This document shows, one piece after another, positions 1 through 12,500 of a stretch of 64,000 nucleotides of DNA. Location of the stretch: positions 167,918 through 231,917 of the forward strand of contig NMRA01000570.1 in assembly GCA_002633005.1 (NCBI GenBank), given 5' to 3'. A program made the translations under genes and the position numbers. The notes below the pieces were generated by a model. It made no database searches, was not told the origin of the DNA, and worked only from the letters and a program-made list of their open reading frames with translations. The first letter of the stretch is position 1. Each line of letters opens with the position of its first letter. Source of the DNA: Phoronis australis. Taxonomy: Eukaryota; Animalia; Phoronida.

Positions 1-384
1 GAACAACATTCGGACGGAGTTTCCTCTTAAAATTAACGTCTCTAGCATATCCACGGCGAAAGCTACAAAAGTTAAGCAACCCAAGAACTCTCAACTTGTC
101 TGAAACCGGAGGAGATTTCGAAATCAACGCCGATGAACATGACGACAGTCGTGCCCTCGGTCACACGGTCACTGATCATAGCTACGCTGTGTTTACAAAC
201 GAGAGAAAGGACTTGCTTGGTATTATAAAGCAAAAAAATGAAACATGGTTTTTAGTTTGCAAATCACTCCAAATGCACACACTATCCAGCCTGCTCTAGA
301 CATGCCTGACCACAAGCTATCCCATGAGCCTTCGCGAAGGAAATAACTTGCACATGCGCAATGCGTAATTCGTCTGCGCTGCAA

Positions 385-463
385 ATCCGCTATTCAGCTT
401 CTGCCCAGCCGTCACGACAGGGAATTCTGGGTCATTTTGTCTCAATACTTTTGGTGTGCACTG
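385..463. mobile_element. Terminal fragment of a Tc1/mariner-like MITE (same family as 29901-30162 and 33800-34798)
   Basis: The stretch cccagccgtcacgacagggaattctgggtcattttgtctcaatacttttggtgtgcactg|TA matches the right ends of the other two copies. Confidence 0.6.
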
Positions 464-538
464 TACGAGCAGATGTTCTTTTAGAGTGAACATTAATCCA
501 GATCCCATGAACTTACTCAAACCCTGAGGCGACATTAC

Positions 539-3500
539 CTGAGAGTAAACATCAGTCCTGCTGGCATGAACTTTCCAGAAGAGTAAAACCTCTTGCCCAT
601 GACTCCAGCCAAAACACCACTAGATCCTTTTAGAAAAACAGAATAAAATGCATCATCTGAAAAATATGCTAAGTTCACATGTATAAACGCACCTTCCATA
701 AAGACTGCAAAAACTTTTGATTTATACCACTTACCTGTATGAAATTAGCCTCAAGTTGCTCCTCAGACAAACTGGAGGTGATTTTAGAGCTTTAAAAGAA
801 CTGACAGTTTGTTACTGGTTGAGCTGGGCGCTAGGAGTTGGCTCGCCATCTCAGCAATTGTATGTCATTTTATGAGCCGAGCACAGTCCTGAGGACTAAC
901 CAAGCTCTATCAGTTCATTGCAAATCCAGAAATCGGCTCTCATCTGAGTCAAGAATAAGTTGAGACTAGTTTTGTAGAAGCAAGTGGTTTACGTAAACCA
1001 GACGTTTGCTTTCTGGACAGAATGCAGGTTTATAGCCGCTATAAAAAATTAGAAAAAAATTAAATATATAGAACGATTTTCATCGATTGAACGATATCTC
1101 TAAACTAGAAACACTTTGTAAATTGCAGTCCTGTATATCCCTGCATTTCCGTAATGAGACTTTTTTTTAAGTTGGTCAAAAGTGAATTTTGGTTTCATTC
1201 ACTATGTGGTGCAAGAACAAAAATTCAAAAAAAAAAAGGAAATCTGCTTTCTATCACAAAAGCTAGATTAAGACAAGTTACCACAATTTTAAAAGTGATT
1301 GCTGAGCTTGAGAAAGAACAATGATCTGATAGCTCAAGACGGTGCCTCAACAATTTGGCTGGTCACCTTATACCCAAGTATGGTCTCGAGTAATAACTAC
1401 CACAACACCAGTGGTCACTTCTAAGCAGAGAAAGGAACAAACCGAGATTAGCTTTAAAATACTGTCCTTCATCAGGAGGTCTTTTTGACAAAAGATAGGT
1501 TTATAGTACGTTTAAAGAATTCTATGTTAAATTTCATACTTTGAGATAAGATTTGAAGCCATTTTGAAAGGGGAAAGGGTATCACTTTGGGAAAAGCCTT
1601 GACTAAAATTGGGTCGAGTTGAAAATTGTGTTATGAAGTTTCCAACAAAACTAAATGGTCGAATATTTTATACTAGGTAAAGTCACCAGTTTTGCAAATG
1701 TCTGGCAAACAACAGTGAGAATTGTCGATTTGTAATAAAATAACAATAAGATAATAGATTTTATTGTTTTATATCTCTAGTTAAAGCTAATAACTTTGAA
1801 AAGTCTCTCCCATTCAACAACAATCCCAAAAATGCATTTTTAGCCAAAAAAATGAAAGTGAGTGACCTTTAATGTCCACCCGTGAATCTCGTCTATTTTT
1901 CAATTTTCAAAAGCACCCTGGGTGCTAACCCAGATGAGAATGGTAATTACGGTACGTCAGATGCAGGTATTTTCACAGCAATGGGTATTTCACATAAAGA
2001 ATCAAAGTCATGCAACAATACGGACGGAAAGCGTACTTTTACCAACAGACTGGGTCAATAATAAGCAACAAAATGTCTTTTATGAAATGAAGAAACCATC
2101 AGTAAGGGAAAAAATGGCCTATCTGACTTGAGATCAGACAAATTAACATAAATCTTAACTTTATACAAGTACGAGCAGACTAATGTTCTAAAACATCGAG
2201 CCAAAAAGAACAGTTGACCATTAATCAGCTAAAAACACAATTGAAAGCAAACAACCAATTCTGCAAAATATAAATAGACTATACACAGCTGTCTCCATTG
2301 CTTACCTAACAATAACCAGACATTCCTTGGGTTCTGTGTGGTCATGTAGGCACCCCCTGCGGCTAACGTACCAAAGCCAACACCTGCCACCAGTGATGGT
2401 ACACTCCCTGTCAAAATGAAGGTCATTAGGTCAAACCACAACAACTCTCAGAGTGGTTATTAGAAAACGGATATTAAGGAACTTTGCATTTATTTGATTC
2501 CAAGATTGAGAACTTTTTGATTTTCAGTTCCATTGAGGCAGTAAGAAATACTCAACTTTATTTTAAAATCTAGAGAGTTAATGAATATTCAACGGTATTG
2601 TACATTTGCATACATGGTCCAAAAATACACTCATACTTCAAATTACAGTAACTGTGTTGCAAACATTTAATTGCCGTCAGCACGTCATCTGTTGGCCACA
2701 TCATGTGACCTAATGAATAGAAGTCTGAAAAGATTTCTGCCCCCGACCGGTACATGAACCCAGATTGACATATTTTTTACATACATAACTGTGTTGTTTA
2801 TTGACTTGGCAACAAGATTACTGGTTTAGAGAGAAAGGTTGTCTTCGCACTTCCCTGCAGTTTTTGAATTTCCAAGTATGCAATAAAATTGAGTTCTCAA
2901 AAAACAGAGCCATTTATTTTGAAAACAAATGTCTCATGAATTGAGCACCCTGAGGCTAACACATCTACTTTCACAGCAAGGTGTAACAATATAGTAGGCC
3001 CAGGTGAAGCATCGGAACCATTGGAACAGTATCCTGAATCTGAACTTCAAGCGTTGTATTGAAGTTCATCTTTGGGACATTTGGTATATTTGTTATCAGT
3101 GCTGTTGTGGATCAGAGTCCCTTTGAATCACAGAAAATTCTTATTTTTATTTTTAAAACTCAAATACACCACGCAGTGGCGGATCTACGGGGGGGGTTCA
3201 GGGGGTTTAAACCCCCCCCTTGGGNNNNNNNNNNNNNNNNNNNNNNNNNNNNNNNNNNNNNNNNNNNNNNNNNNNNNNNNNNNNNNNNNNNNNNNNNNNN
3301 NNNNNNNNNNNNNNNNNNNNNNNNNNNNNNNNNNNNNNNNNNNNNNNNNNNNAAAATGTCTTTTATGAAATGAAGAAACCATCAGTAAGGGAAAAAATGG
3401 CCTATCTGACTTGAGATCAGACAAATTAACATAAATCTTAACTTTATACAAGTATGAGCAGACTAATGTTCTAAAACATCGAGCCAAAAAGAACAGTTGA

Positions 3501-6248
3501 CCATTAATCAGCTAAAAACACAATTGAAAGCAAACAACCAATTCTGCAAAAATATAAATAGACTAAACACAGCTGTCTCCATTGCTTACCTAACAATAAC
3601 CAGACATTCCTTGGGTTCTGTGTGGTCATGTAGGCACCCCCTGCAGCTAACGTACCAAAGCCAACACCTGCCACCAGTGATGGTACACTCCCTGTCAAAA
3701 TGAAGGTCATTAGGTCAAACCACAACAACTCTCAGAGTGGTTATTAGAAAACGGATATTAAGGAACTTTGCATTTATTTGATTCCAAGATTGAGAACTTT
3801 TTGATTTTCAGTTCTATTCAGGCACTGAGAAATACTCAACTTTATTTTAAAATCTAGAGAGTTAATGAATATTCAATGTTAGTGTACATTTGCATACATG
3901 GTCCAAAAATACACTCATACTTCAAATTACAGACTGTGTTGCAAACATTTAATTCCCGTCAGCACGTCATCTGTTGGCCACATCATGTGACCTAATGAAT
4001 AGAAGTCTGAAAAGATTTATGCCCCCCACCGGTACATGAACCCAGATTGACATATTTTTACATACATAACTGTGTTGTTTATTGACTTGGGAACAAGATT
4101 ACTGGTTTAGATTGATAATGGGTTGATACAAGAGAGAAAGGTTGTCTTCGCACTTCCCTGGAGTTCTTGAATGTCCAAGTATGCAATAAAATTGAGTTCT
4201 CTAAAAACAGAGCCATTTATTTTGAAAACAAATGTCTCATGTATTGAGCACCCTGAGGCTCACACATCTACTTTCACAGCAAGGTGTAACAATACAGTAG
4301 GCCCAGGTGAAGCATCGGAACCATTGGAACAGTATCCTGAATCTGAACTTAAGCTTTGTATTGAAGTACATCTTAAGGACATTTGGCATATTTGTTATCA
4401 GTGTTGTTGTGGATCAGAGCCCCTTTGAATCACAGTAAATTCTTATTTTTATTTTTAAAACTTAAATACACCACGCATAACATTTTGCTTCGTTTTATTG
4501 TAAAACTGAGCAACTGATATCAATAGGATAACAATTTTAAGCATTAAAGTTAAATTCATTCCATCAGTATGGCTTACCAAACAAAATAACTTCACACGAA
4601 AATACTCAAATTTTCAATAACGTAGAAAATATATCTGAAACTAAATAAGGCGATCCAGATCCTCCCAAGGATACTATTATCATTTCAATTCCAAAAACCA
4701 CAATATTCAAGATCTTTCTGTACAAATAATAGAAAAACTCCAACACCCCAGTACCCCTCACAGACTTAAAAGAGAACAATATTGGATAGACAAACTGAAT
4801 ACAATAGAACCTCATGGATTGAACATAAAAACTTCTTAAAATATGTCATTGAATTTTTTACGCAAAAATGTATCATTTTCATTACACCATATCTTATATG
4901 TCAATTGTCATTTTGTGTTTGATTTTACTTTATTTCTGTTTTTGTTGATAAAGGAAGTTGTTACCTCCGAAAATTTCAAATTTCAGTTGATCCATTCTTG
5001 TTGTTTTATTTACCGATTTATATTCAAATTTTCAATGAAATTCTAAGAGCTGTTTTGTTATAAAAGTAAATTAAAATTGACCAAAAAGAAACCACGGAGT
5101 CATCACTAAAGTCAGTGGTGGCAAAAGGGACCCTGACAAACTTCCGTGCCATAGCTCTCTAGTCACTGATGGAACTGTTCAGACTTAGGCTGTGTAAATC
5201 CATGAAATAGGCCGAGTGTAGCAGGTCAGTAGACTAATCCAGATCTAAACCACAGAGATACCTACCCACAGTCAGAGATTATTGTGATCTCAATAAAAAG
5301 GGGTGGTGAGATCTCTCTAAAAAAAGATGATTTCCATTAATTCTTTGCTATGCTATGGGCTACTCACTACTGGACAGTCAGTGACATTATGAAGAATAGT
5401 TCAGACAAACGCAATCGGGCCACACCCACCACAGTTACTGTTGCAGTGGCTTCACAAGCACAAAGCTGGTACAACAGAGGTCCTTGGCAAGCACACAACA
5501 GCAACAGATTTTCTACAATGTGTTTTGATCACGTCACTAAAAATGTTACCATACAGACCTGTATCAGCAAAATGTGTCCAAGGGAAGCAAACAAACTGTT
5601 ATACGAAGTAGTTTTAACATGATACCAAGCCTATTCCCTATGAAAAATATTTTCAAATCACCCAAAATTCTCATCATCAGCAGGAGTGGATCCAGGATTT
5701 TTAGTTAGAGGGGGGGGGCCGGGCAGAGCATTAGCCAGGATTTTGCCAGTCGAGACATTTGCACCCCCGAATTGCCAAATGGGATGTGGGAAAGTTTTAG
5801 GGGGCATGGCCCCTTTAGCCCCCTCTAAATCCGCCACTAATCAGATTCAAAAGTTCCCTTCAAGTAATTAGAAATTTACCCTCTAGCCGGGGTTAACATC
5901 ATTACAACTCACACAGGCGGTGATTAGAACACTGGTTAGCATCTAAACCGACTGGTCAATTGCCCATTGACGATGTCATGACAAGGTATTTGCAGCATGA
6001 GTGCCAATAGCAATGAGAGTGATTGAGTGTGGCTGAATATGTTGTTACTGAGTGAGGCCGAGTCCTGGCCGTGTGATTGTGATGAGCTGGTCTCCCGAGA
6101 GTGCGTGGTGATTGTGTTGGAGTGGAAATCCCTCCGTGTGAGACCTCACGCTTACTTCAAAATGATACTAACCCTTTTTCGCATACCCAATGATACCACC
6201 TGTAGCGACAAGAGCGGCATACACGAACCCAATATAATCGACTGCCAT
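539..6248 (-). CDS. TMEM14: Transmembrane protein 14 family (TMEM14C-like), 3' end probably outside the window
   Basis: Exons 6248-6173 (MAVDYIGFVYAALVATGGIIGYAKK), 2407-2306 (GSVPSLVAGVGFGTLAAGGAYMTTQNPRNVWLLL; second copy at 3691-3590) and 626-539 (GSSGVLAGVMGKRFYSSGKFMPAGLMFTL). All have GT-AG boundaries and compatible phases. The GGIIGY, GSVPSL and RF..SGKFMPAG motifs are typical of TMEM14. The final exon was not found. Confidence 0.9.
1575..1868. mobile_element. Degenerate copy of a TTAA-flanked non-autonomous element family
   Basis: Shares the gaattg..atttgtaataaaa...aaagctaa.aactt..aa..gt.. tract with 28589-28924 and 59340-59691, and ends cct|TTAA at 1869-1872. The left boundary is approximate. 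Confidence 0.45.
2070..4475. repeat. Near-identical tandem duplication (2070-3173 vs 3353-4475) across an N gap; probable haplotype duplication carrying TMEM14 exon 2 twice
   Basis: Direct alignment by eye shows scattered SNPs and small indels. The copies are joined by the gap at 3225-3352. Confidence 0.85.
3174..3224. mobile_element. Left end of a CAG(T/G)GGCGGAT-TIR MITE running into an assembly gap
   Basis: cagtggcggatctacgggggggg has the same terminus as the copies at 5681, 19891 and 41293. It is absent at the matching site (4475) in the other duplicate copy. Confidence 0.7.
5681..5839. mobile_element. MITE with CAGGGGCGGAT-type TIRs and 5-bp TSD
   Basis: Ends are caggagtggat ... atccgccacta; TSD ATCAG at 5676-5680 and 5840-5844. 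Confidence 0.8.
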
Positions 6249-6530
6249 CTTCTAGGGCAGCAACTGGAGGAAACTGACAGGACTGTGTGAGCTCTAGTAG
6301 TATTAGTTTTTGTTACAACCGGGAGATGACTCTGCTAAAACCTAGTCTAGAATCTACTAGACTACCGAAATATAAAAAATAATGATAAATGATACTTTGA
6401 TATAATGTAAAAATTCAAAAAAATTACATAATAATGATTTAATTGACAAAATTCTGATATCTAGAAGCTGCAAACTAAATTATATCACTTTACAATTTGT
6501 CCTTACGCATGCGTACTGAAACTCTTGATC
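6249..6530. promoter_or_regulatory. Bidirectional promoter shared by TMEM14 and PPP1R8
   Basis: Only 282 bp separate the divergent start codons. It contains the palindrome TACGCATGCGTA (6504-6515), which resembles an NRF-1 site. Confidence 0.65.
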
Positions 6531-9500
6531 ATGGCCAACAACTTTGTGGTTCCCACTTGGTAAGTTTTACAGACTAACTGCTTGTATTGTTTACATTGCC
6601 AAATTGTCTGCTCGTCTTTCGATACAACACCGAAATACAAAGAGCTCTGTTAAATTTTTTGGGTAGTATTTGGCGAAGGGTGCAGTTGTTGGAGAATTTG
6701 AAAACTTGAATCCTCAAGGTTCAGCTGTTTTTAACCAGCCAGCCAGCCGGTGGTAAACCAACCTAGTCCTAGGGCTAACTTAAGCAAATACATCGCCCTG
6801 AATGCCGCAGACATACAGGAGCGATAGCACATCCCCATAAAAAGTTGCTCATTTTGAAATAACAGCAAATAAAATTGAATGAAATGTGCATATATGCTAA
6901 TGGAGTTAAAATTAACATGTGCTTCCGGTGAATCATTATAATTATATGAGCCTCTGTTAGCCACTCGCTAACGGGCAATTGCCTATTAGCTGAATGGTTA
7001 GCAAGCTTGCTGGTTTTATTGGGGTCGCTGGTTCGATTCCCGGGTCGGGTAATCTCGGCTATTACTACAAATGGTGTAATCGGCAAACGCATTTTGCGAC
7101 TTGATATGAGCTGACAAAAATCTCAGCTCGCATTTCCAAATTTCAGCTCATTATGTCGAGCCTTGCATAGACACCGGTGACCTAAAGTTGTGAATATAAG
7201 CATAATAAGCAACTGATAGTCATACTACCCAGTGTCCGTTAGCAATTGCTCATGTGATGTCATGGACATATATCAGCCTTCCCAAATATACGTGTTTTGC
7301 CAATCTTAACCCTGGTTTGTCTCCGTAAGCAGAGTTTTGAAACGGTCGCTGATATCGTTGGCCATTTTGAATGAGGCCCTTAAGTCGTGACCGTTTTGTT
7401 TAGATGGAAATACACGAAGTAAGACCACAGACATCAACTACAGTGCTTACACTTACTCTAGACGACATAAATACACATTGCATTGTTTATTAATTCAGTT
7501 TCAATTGAAATTAATTGTTATGTCTTTTGCACCCAACTTCGATGTGCACAGACATTTTCAATGAGTTGTTTACATAAAACGCTAAGAACCCAGCATCAAT
7601 TATCTCTCTGTATTTTATTGCTTTGGCCTTACAAAACTTGATCAACCCTGGGACATTTTAATACATTGTTCAAGGTACCCCTGGACCGCATTTTTGAGCA
7701 AATCTGAACGATGCATGGTTTCCAAAAGTGTTTTCTGAAAATGCACAAAAAAGTGAAGTAGTGAAATATGCTGTTTTTAAGATACATTTCAAAAAAGAAG
7801 CCACTCGCTGTGTGTTATCATATTGTGAGTATCAACACGTCCGGGTATTCGTTTGACGTTCGTAAGCAGACGAACGCTGGAAACTTCAACGCTGGATGTC
7901 GTGTGACAGCGCAAAAGAGGAAATGAAATCGTTCACGACTTTAGGGCACTCACGATTTTAGGACCTCTGACAGTACTATGATGGAAGCGAACAAAACTTG
8001 AACATATCCATGAAAATCTGTCGCGGTTCTCACGAATTTCTCTCACTGCGTGCCATTTTGAGGAAGTTATGTGAAATCACATCTGTTGATGAACAAGAAT
8101 TTTAAGGGACACAAATTTCACCTATATCTTCCCGTGCTATTTTTGCAAGTGTCGCACCAGGTCACGTGCTTCGCTCAGTCTCTGGCTAGCCGTTGTCTAA
8201 CTCACGTGACTCAGTTGAAATACATTGTTGTTATTCGCGCGCGGTGAAAAAAATAACGGTGACCAAAAAAGTAGAGTTGGAATTCTTTGCCAAAGTCACC
8301 TTAAAGGAGCATGCCACCCAAAAAACAACCTATTTTGTATCAAGTTAGATCCAGTAGTTCTACTCGATAACGTAACGTTCGGTTGCGTTACCTGACATCT
8401 GACGGCAGACGGAGATGTTGAAATTATCTAAAGACGTCATTGGTTTCACACGCAGTCTGTTCAGCAGTTCACAACACGGTTTACTGGTGTCAGCTTATCC
8501 CTTTAATCCATCGTTAAACACCAATAAATCATCAAACCTCGATGTAAAACCCTTAAAAATACACCGAGTTCTTATTCAAACGCGTTGTTTTATTTCGCTG
8601 TTATGGATTTATTGGTATTTGGACACACCGTAGCCTACAAATCGGTTCGGCAAGTCAATTTACCAAGGTCCGTAGCAGGAGTTAGGGGTCTGTTCAGAGA
8701 TAAATTCGAAGTATTCTTCTGTGAAATACAGACAGGAGAACCTAGATCTGTGTTGTTTAGACTTGTGATTTTTTGAGTTCTAAACACACAAAACGCTTGG
8801 TATCCTGGTCAGAGGCTCGGAACCCAATCAGGCCCGTAGCAACCGGACTGACTCGTTATCCCGGCAAGTGGCTCAGAACCCGATCAGGCCCGTCGTGGCC
8901 GCCGGGACTGGCACGAACATAAACCAGCTTGAGTTGGAAACTAAACCTCCAGCCAAGACTATAATAGTGAGCCAAAGAAATAATGTGCACGTAATTATTT
9001 ATGTGAATTAGCCAAGAAACTGAAAATCTACTTACTTGTCGGGGGTCGCGAAGTCAGGTTCCCCTTCCACAGACCTTCAGGGCAAAGGTTGTACAGTAAC
9101 AATGATTTGAATAATGTATTTTTATTTCTAAATAAAGATTCCCCTAACATGTGACCACAGCATATAAAATCAAGTAATTGTTTCACAACAGTTTTCTGTC
9201 AGTAAACACTGAATTAGCATGCGCTCACACGGCCTCGGTGCCCAGTCAGTTACCTTTATTGCCGGCAACGCAATGGTTTATTCATTGCTGGCTTTTCAAC
9301 ATTTGCACTCCCGAACACTCCAAAGGCATTACAAATTGTATCTAATGAGACAGACATTGTTTCAGTTTCATATAAGTATTGGTTAGGATGAGAATAATGC
9401 ATTTTGAAACAGAAAGTAGGAAATAAATGTCTACATGGCAACTCGTCTGGCGCCAATCCCGATTTAGACAAGAGCTCATCAGACGAAGACTTCACGGGTC

Positions 9501-12500
9501 AGATCGTTAGATTTCAAAGGCTATCCGTTCGAACTGGAATACACTGACCAAGAAATACTAGAGGGGCACCGTGAACATGCACAGGCAACGAAATGTATGG
9601 ATAGTTCTTTGGTAAGCCGGAATTCGTCTGGGAAATCACTGTTGACGAAATGCCGGCCACAGACACGGAGATGTTTCATGGCCTCATATTTGCTATTTCC
9701 CAGCGTACATTTCATTCTTCACTACCTCGAGCCACTTCTTAAGCATTTCGAGCTCTCGAGGAAGTCGAAAAAACGATATACCTGCTTTCTTCGAAGCTTC
9801 ATAGTTCGGACAAGCGGGAACGAAGCACTGCAATATAGCGGCATTCACTCTGCAGACGAACCACTGACGTCGCTGCGTCGTTTCTCACCTTCCTCACAGG
9901 TTAACGCGACACCTCTCGGCAAGGTGAGGTTGACCGTATAAGAAGCAATGTGGATATAGACCGATTAAGGCGGTAAAAAAGACTAATTAAATCGGGTGGC
10001 ATTCTCCTTTAATTCTCGTAGCTACTCTTCATCAAAGATATGTATAGAAGTAGAAAGGATCACTGAACAATAAAGTAAGCGCTTAAATTTTTAAGTGATA
10101 GTTTTAAGTGTAACATGTATTTTTGACGAGGTGAAAACTCTAAAATCGGTTAGCGGATTTTGCCTACCGCAAGAAAGCGATGGAAAGTATTGTAGCCCCT
10201 AACCAGCCAACCGAGGGACTATGTGTTGCCTACCCTTAAGCATGTTAAATAGGCTTGGTAGTGTGTAGAATCAAGTCATACATATCACACTGGAATTGCA
10301 CATCAAATATGAACCTGCACACATCGAAATTGTGATCGCGTGCAACCATTTATCTGCTCAAGTAATACTGCGAATATAACTCTGCGGAAATCAAGTCCTT
10401 TGAAAGAACTTATTCACTCAAAGATTCAACTTTTTACTATTCGCTCGTCACTCTGCCATTTGCATTTTTGTGGACTTGTAAACTGAAGCATTCACATGGC
10501 TGATTGGCTGGCACTTGGGTCACTAAATGACGTCATTAGGTCAAAAACTGAGAAAACGAGATGGCAGACGATTTGATTCGCCATTGTTAGGAAAGATTAA
10601 GAGATGTGAAATATAACCGGTAAGATCATTTGCGGTTCTCTAAATATGTCCAGGGAATTTGATTTGGTTAGTACTGATACCCTGAACAAGAATTTTCATC
10701 TCATTTCACCAATCGGTGAAAATCCATCCATGGTAAGCAAAATAAGATGGAAGCAGATTGTAGATACATGTAAAACACTGGCCTGGACACCCTCAGGTGT
10801 TGGCTGTGCCGATAGTAGCACTACCATCAGAACAGTTAGACCTTGGATTGCGTGTCTAAGGTCCAACAATACTGGGAAGATTTTTGGAATATTTTAGCTA
10901 AACTCTGTCATTATGTCAGGTTTGTTTTGCTTGTTGTAGGGCAGGGAAACCTCCTGTGGGCCTTCATTTGGATGTGATGAAGGAAACTAAACTCATTCAG
11001 GTATTTTTGTGTTTGTTTCACTGACATACAGCTGTCTATTTTTTTAGTAATGCGGAGGCTGTTTGAATAATGGAAATGGCAATTTTGGAAATGATTTTTG
11101 TTTGAATTTGTCTCACTCAAGTCCCACAACGACTTAGCATTTTTCTGTTGCTTTGTTTCTTAAAGAGTTTCATCTGCTGTTTTGAATTTCTCAAATATTT
11201 CTGATATTTTCAACATTGAGACTTATCACTCAGGAAGATTTGCTTAGTTTCAGACGAAAATATTTCAGTAATTTTAAACTCTCAATTGTACTCTCCTCAA
11301 CTTCTGAATTTTAATTTGTTTCAGAAGCATGAACAATGCCAATAACTCTTTGGAAACTAAGTTTGCAGTATTCAAAATAAATGTAATGAACAATTTTTAA
11401 CCATTTGCATGTCTTAGTTACATGTAAGTAAATCAGCATTGTTTCAACACACCTTCAAAAAATAACTTGCATTTGCAGAAACTTATGGTGGACGAAAAGA
11501 AATGTTATTTTTTTGGTCGTAACAAACAGCTGTGCGATTTCCCCATCGACCACCAGTCATGCTCTCGTGTCCACTCGGCGCTCATCTGGCACAAACACCT
11601 CAATAGACCCTTCTTGATAGACTTGGGCAGTAGTAAGTACCAGCCATGTTTAGTTTTTATTTTTAGTTTGCGACTTGCACTGTTGACGCATTGAAGTTCC
11701 TGATGAGGTGTTGTTATTGGTTAAGCATCGCTCTGAGCATCTCAAAACTGTCTTTCAAGCTCTATTATTGGTGACTTAACGTTGTCAATCATTGGCTTGG
11801 ACTAATTACTCAAGGCCGGACTTAAGTTTCAGTGATTAAATTACAGATTAAATTACTCACTGCTGTAGATTTGATTTATGCCATGTTAATTGATTTGATT
11901 GCCATATTTGATGTAATACATTTCAAGCTGTCTTATTCCTAGGATGTCTGAAATATTCTTTTAATGTGGAGGCTTTCAATTAGCTACATGGCTACTTATC
12001 ACATTGGACCAGATACTAGTGACCTCTAGAGGAGTCGGAGGACATTTCACTTCTATTTAAAACACATCACGTCTAATCGCATGTACTGTAAATAGGTCTT
12101 TTCACAAAGTCAGTGTGTTCCCCATGCCACCCATTGCGAAGAGGAAGTACCTCTTTTTACGGCCCGGTGGCGATAAGAGACACTGGTCCTGCTCAATCCG
12201 TTGCTTTCTGAAAGTTTCCATTTATTGCCCTCACTTCTTGATTGCTTGCATTTTTTTGCATTTCACATGACTTGTGTTCATTTTGTTATTGTGGGGCATT
12301 CGACTTTGACGCCAACACTTCTATACTTTTAGTCAGTTGTAGACATATTGAAATTCAACAGCTTGTGATAACTATCACTTGACTTTACAGCTCATGGAAC
12401 CTTTATTGGCTCCATAAGAATCGAGTCAAAAAAGCCGCAACAAGTGCCCATGGACAGCGTAATCCACTTTGGTGCCTCCAGTCGTCAATATGTGATCCGC

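Noticed and set aside
3-299. Open frame containing DHSY (HCF-1-binding-like motif seen in THAP proteins)
   Set aside because: A four-residue motif at the window edge with no THAP domain visible. It may be transposon debris but cannot be supported.
6981-7051. Functional tRNA gene
   Set aside because: A and B boxes are present but the stems do not form a proper cloverleaf. Treated as a SINE head or pseudogene.
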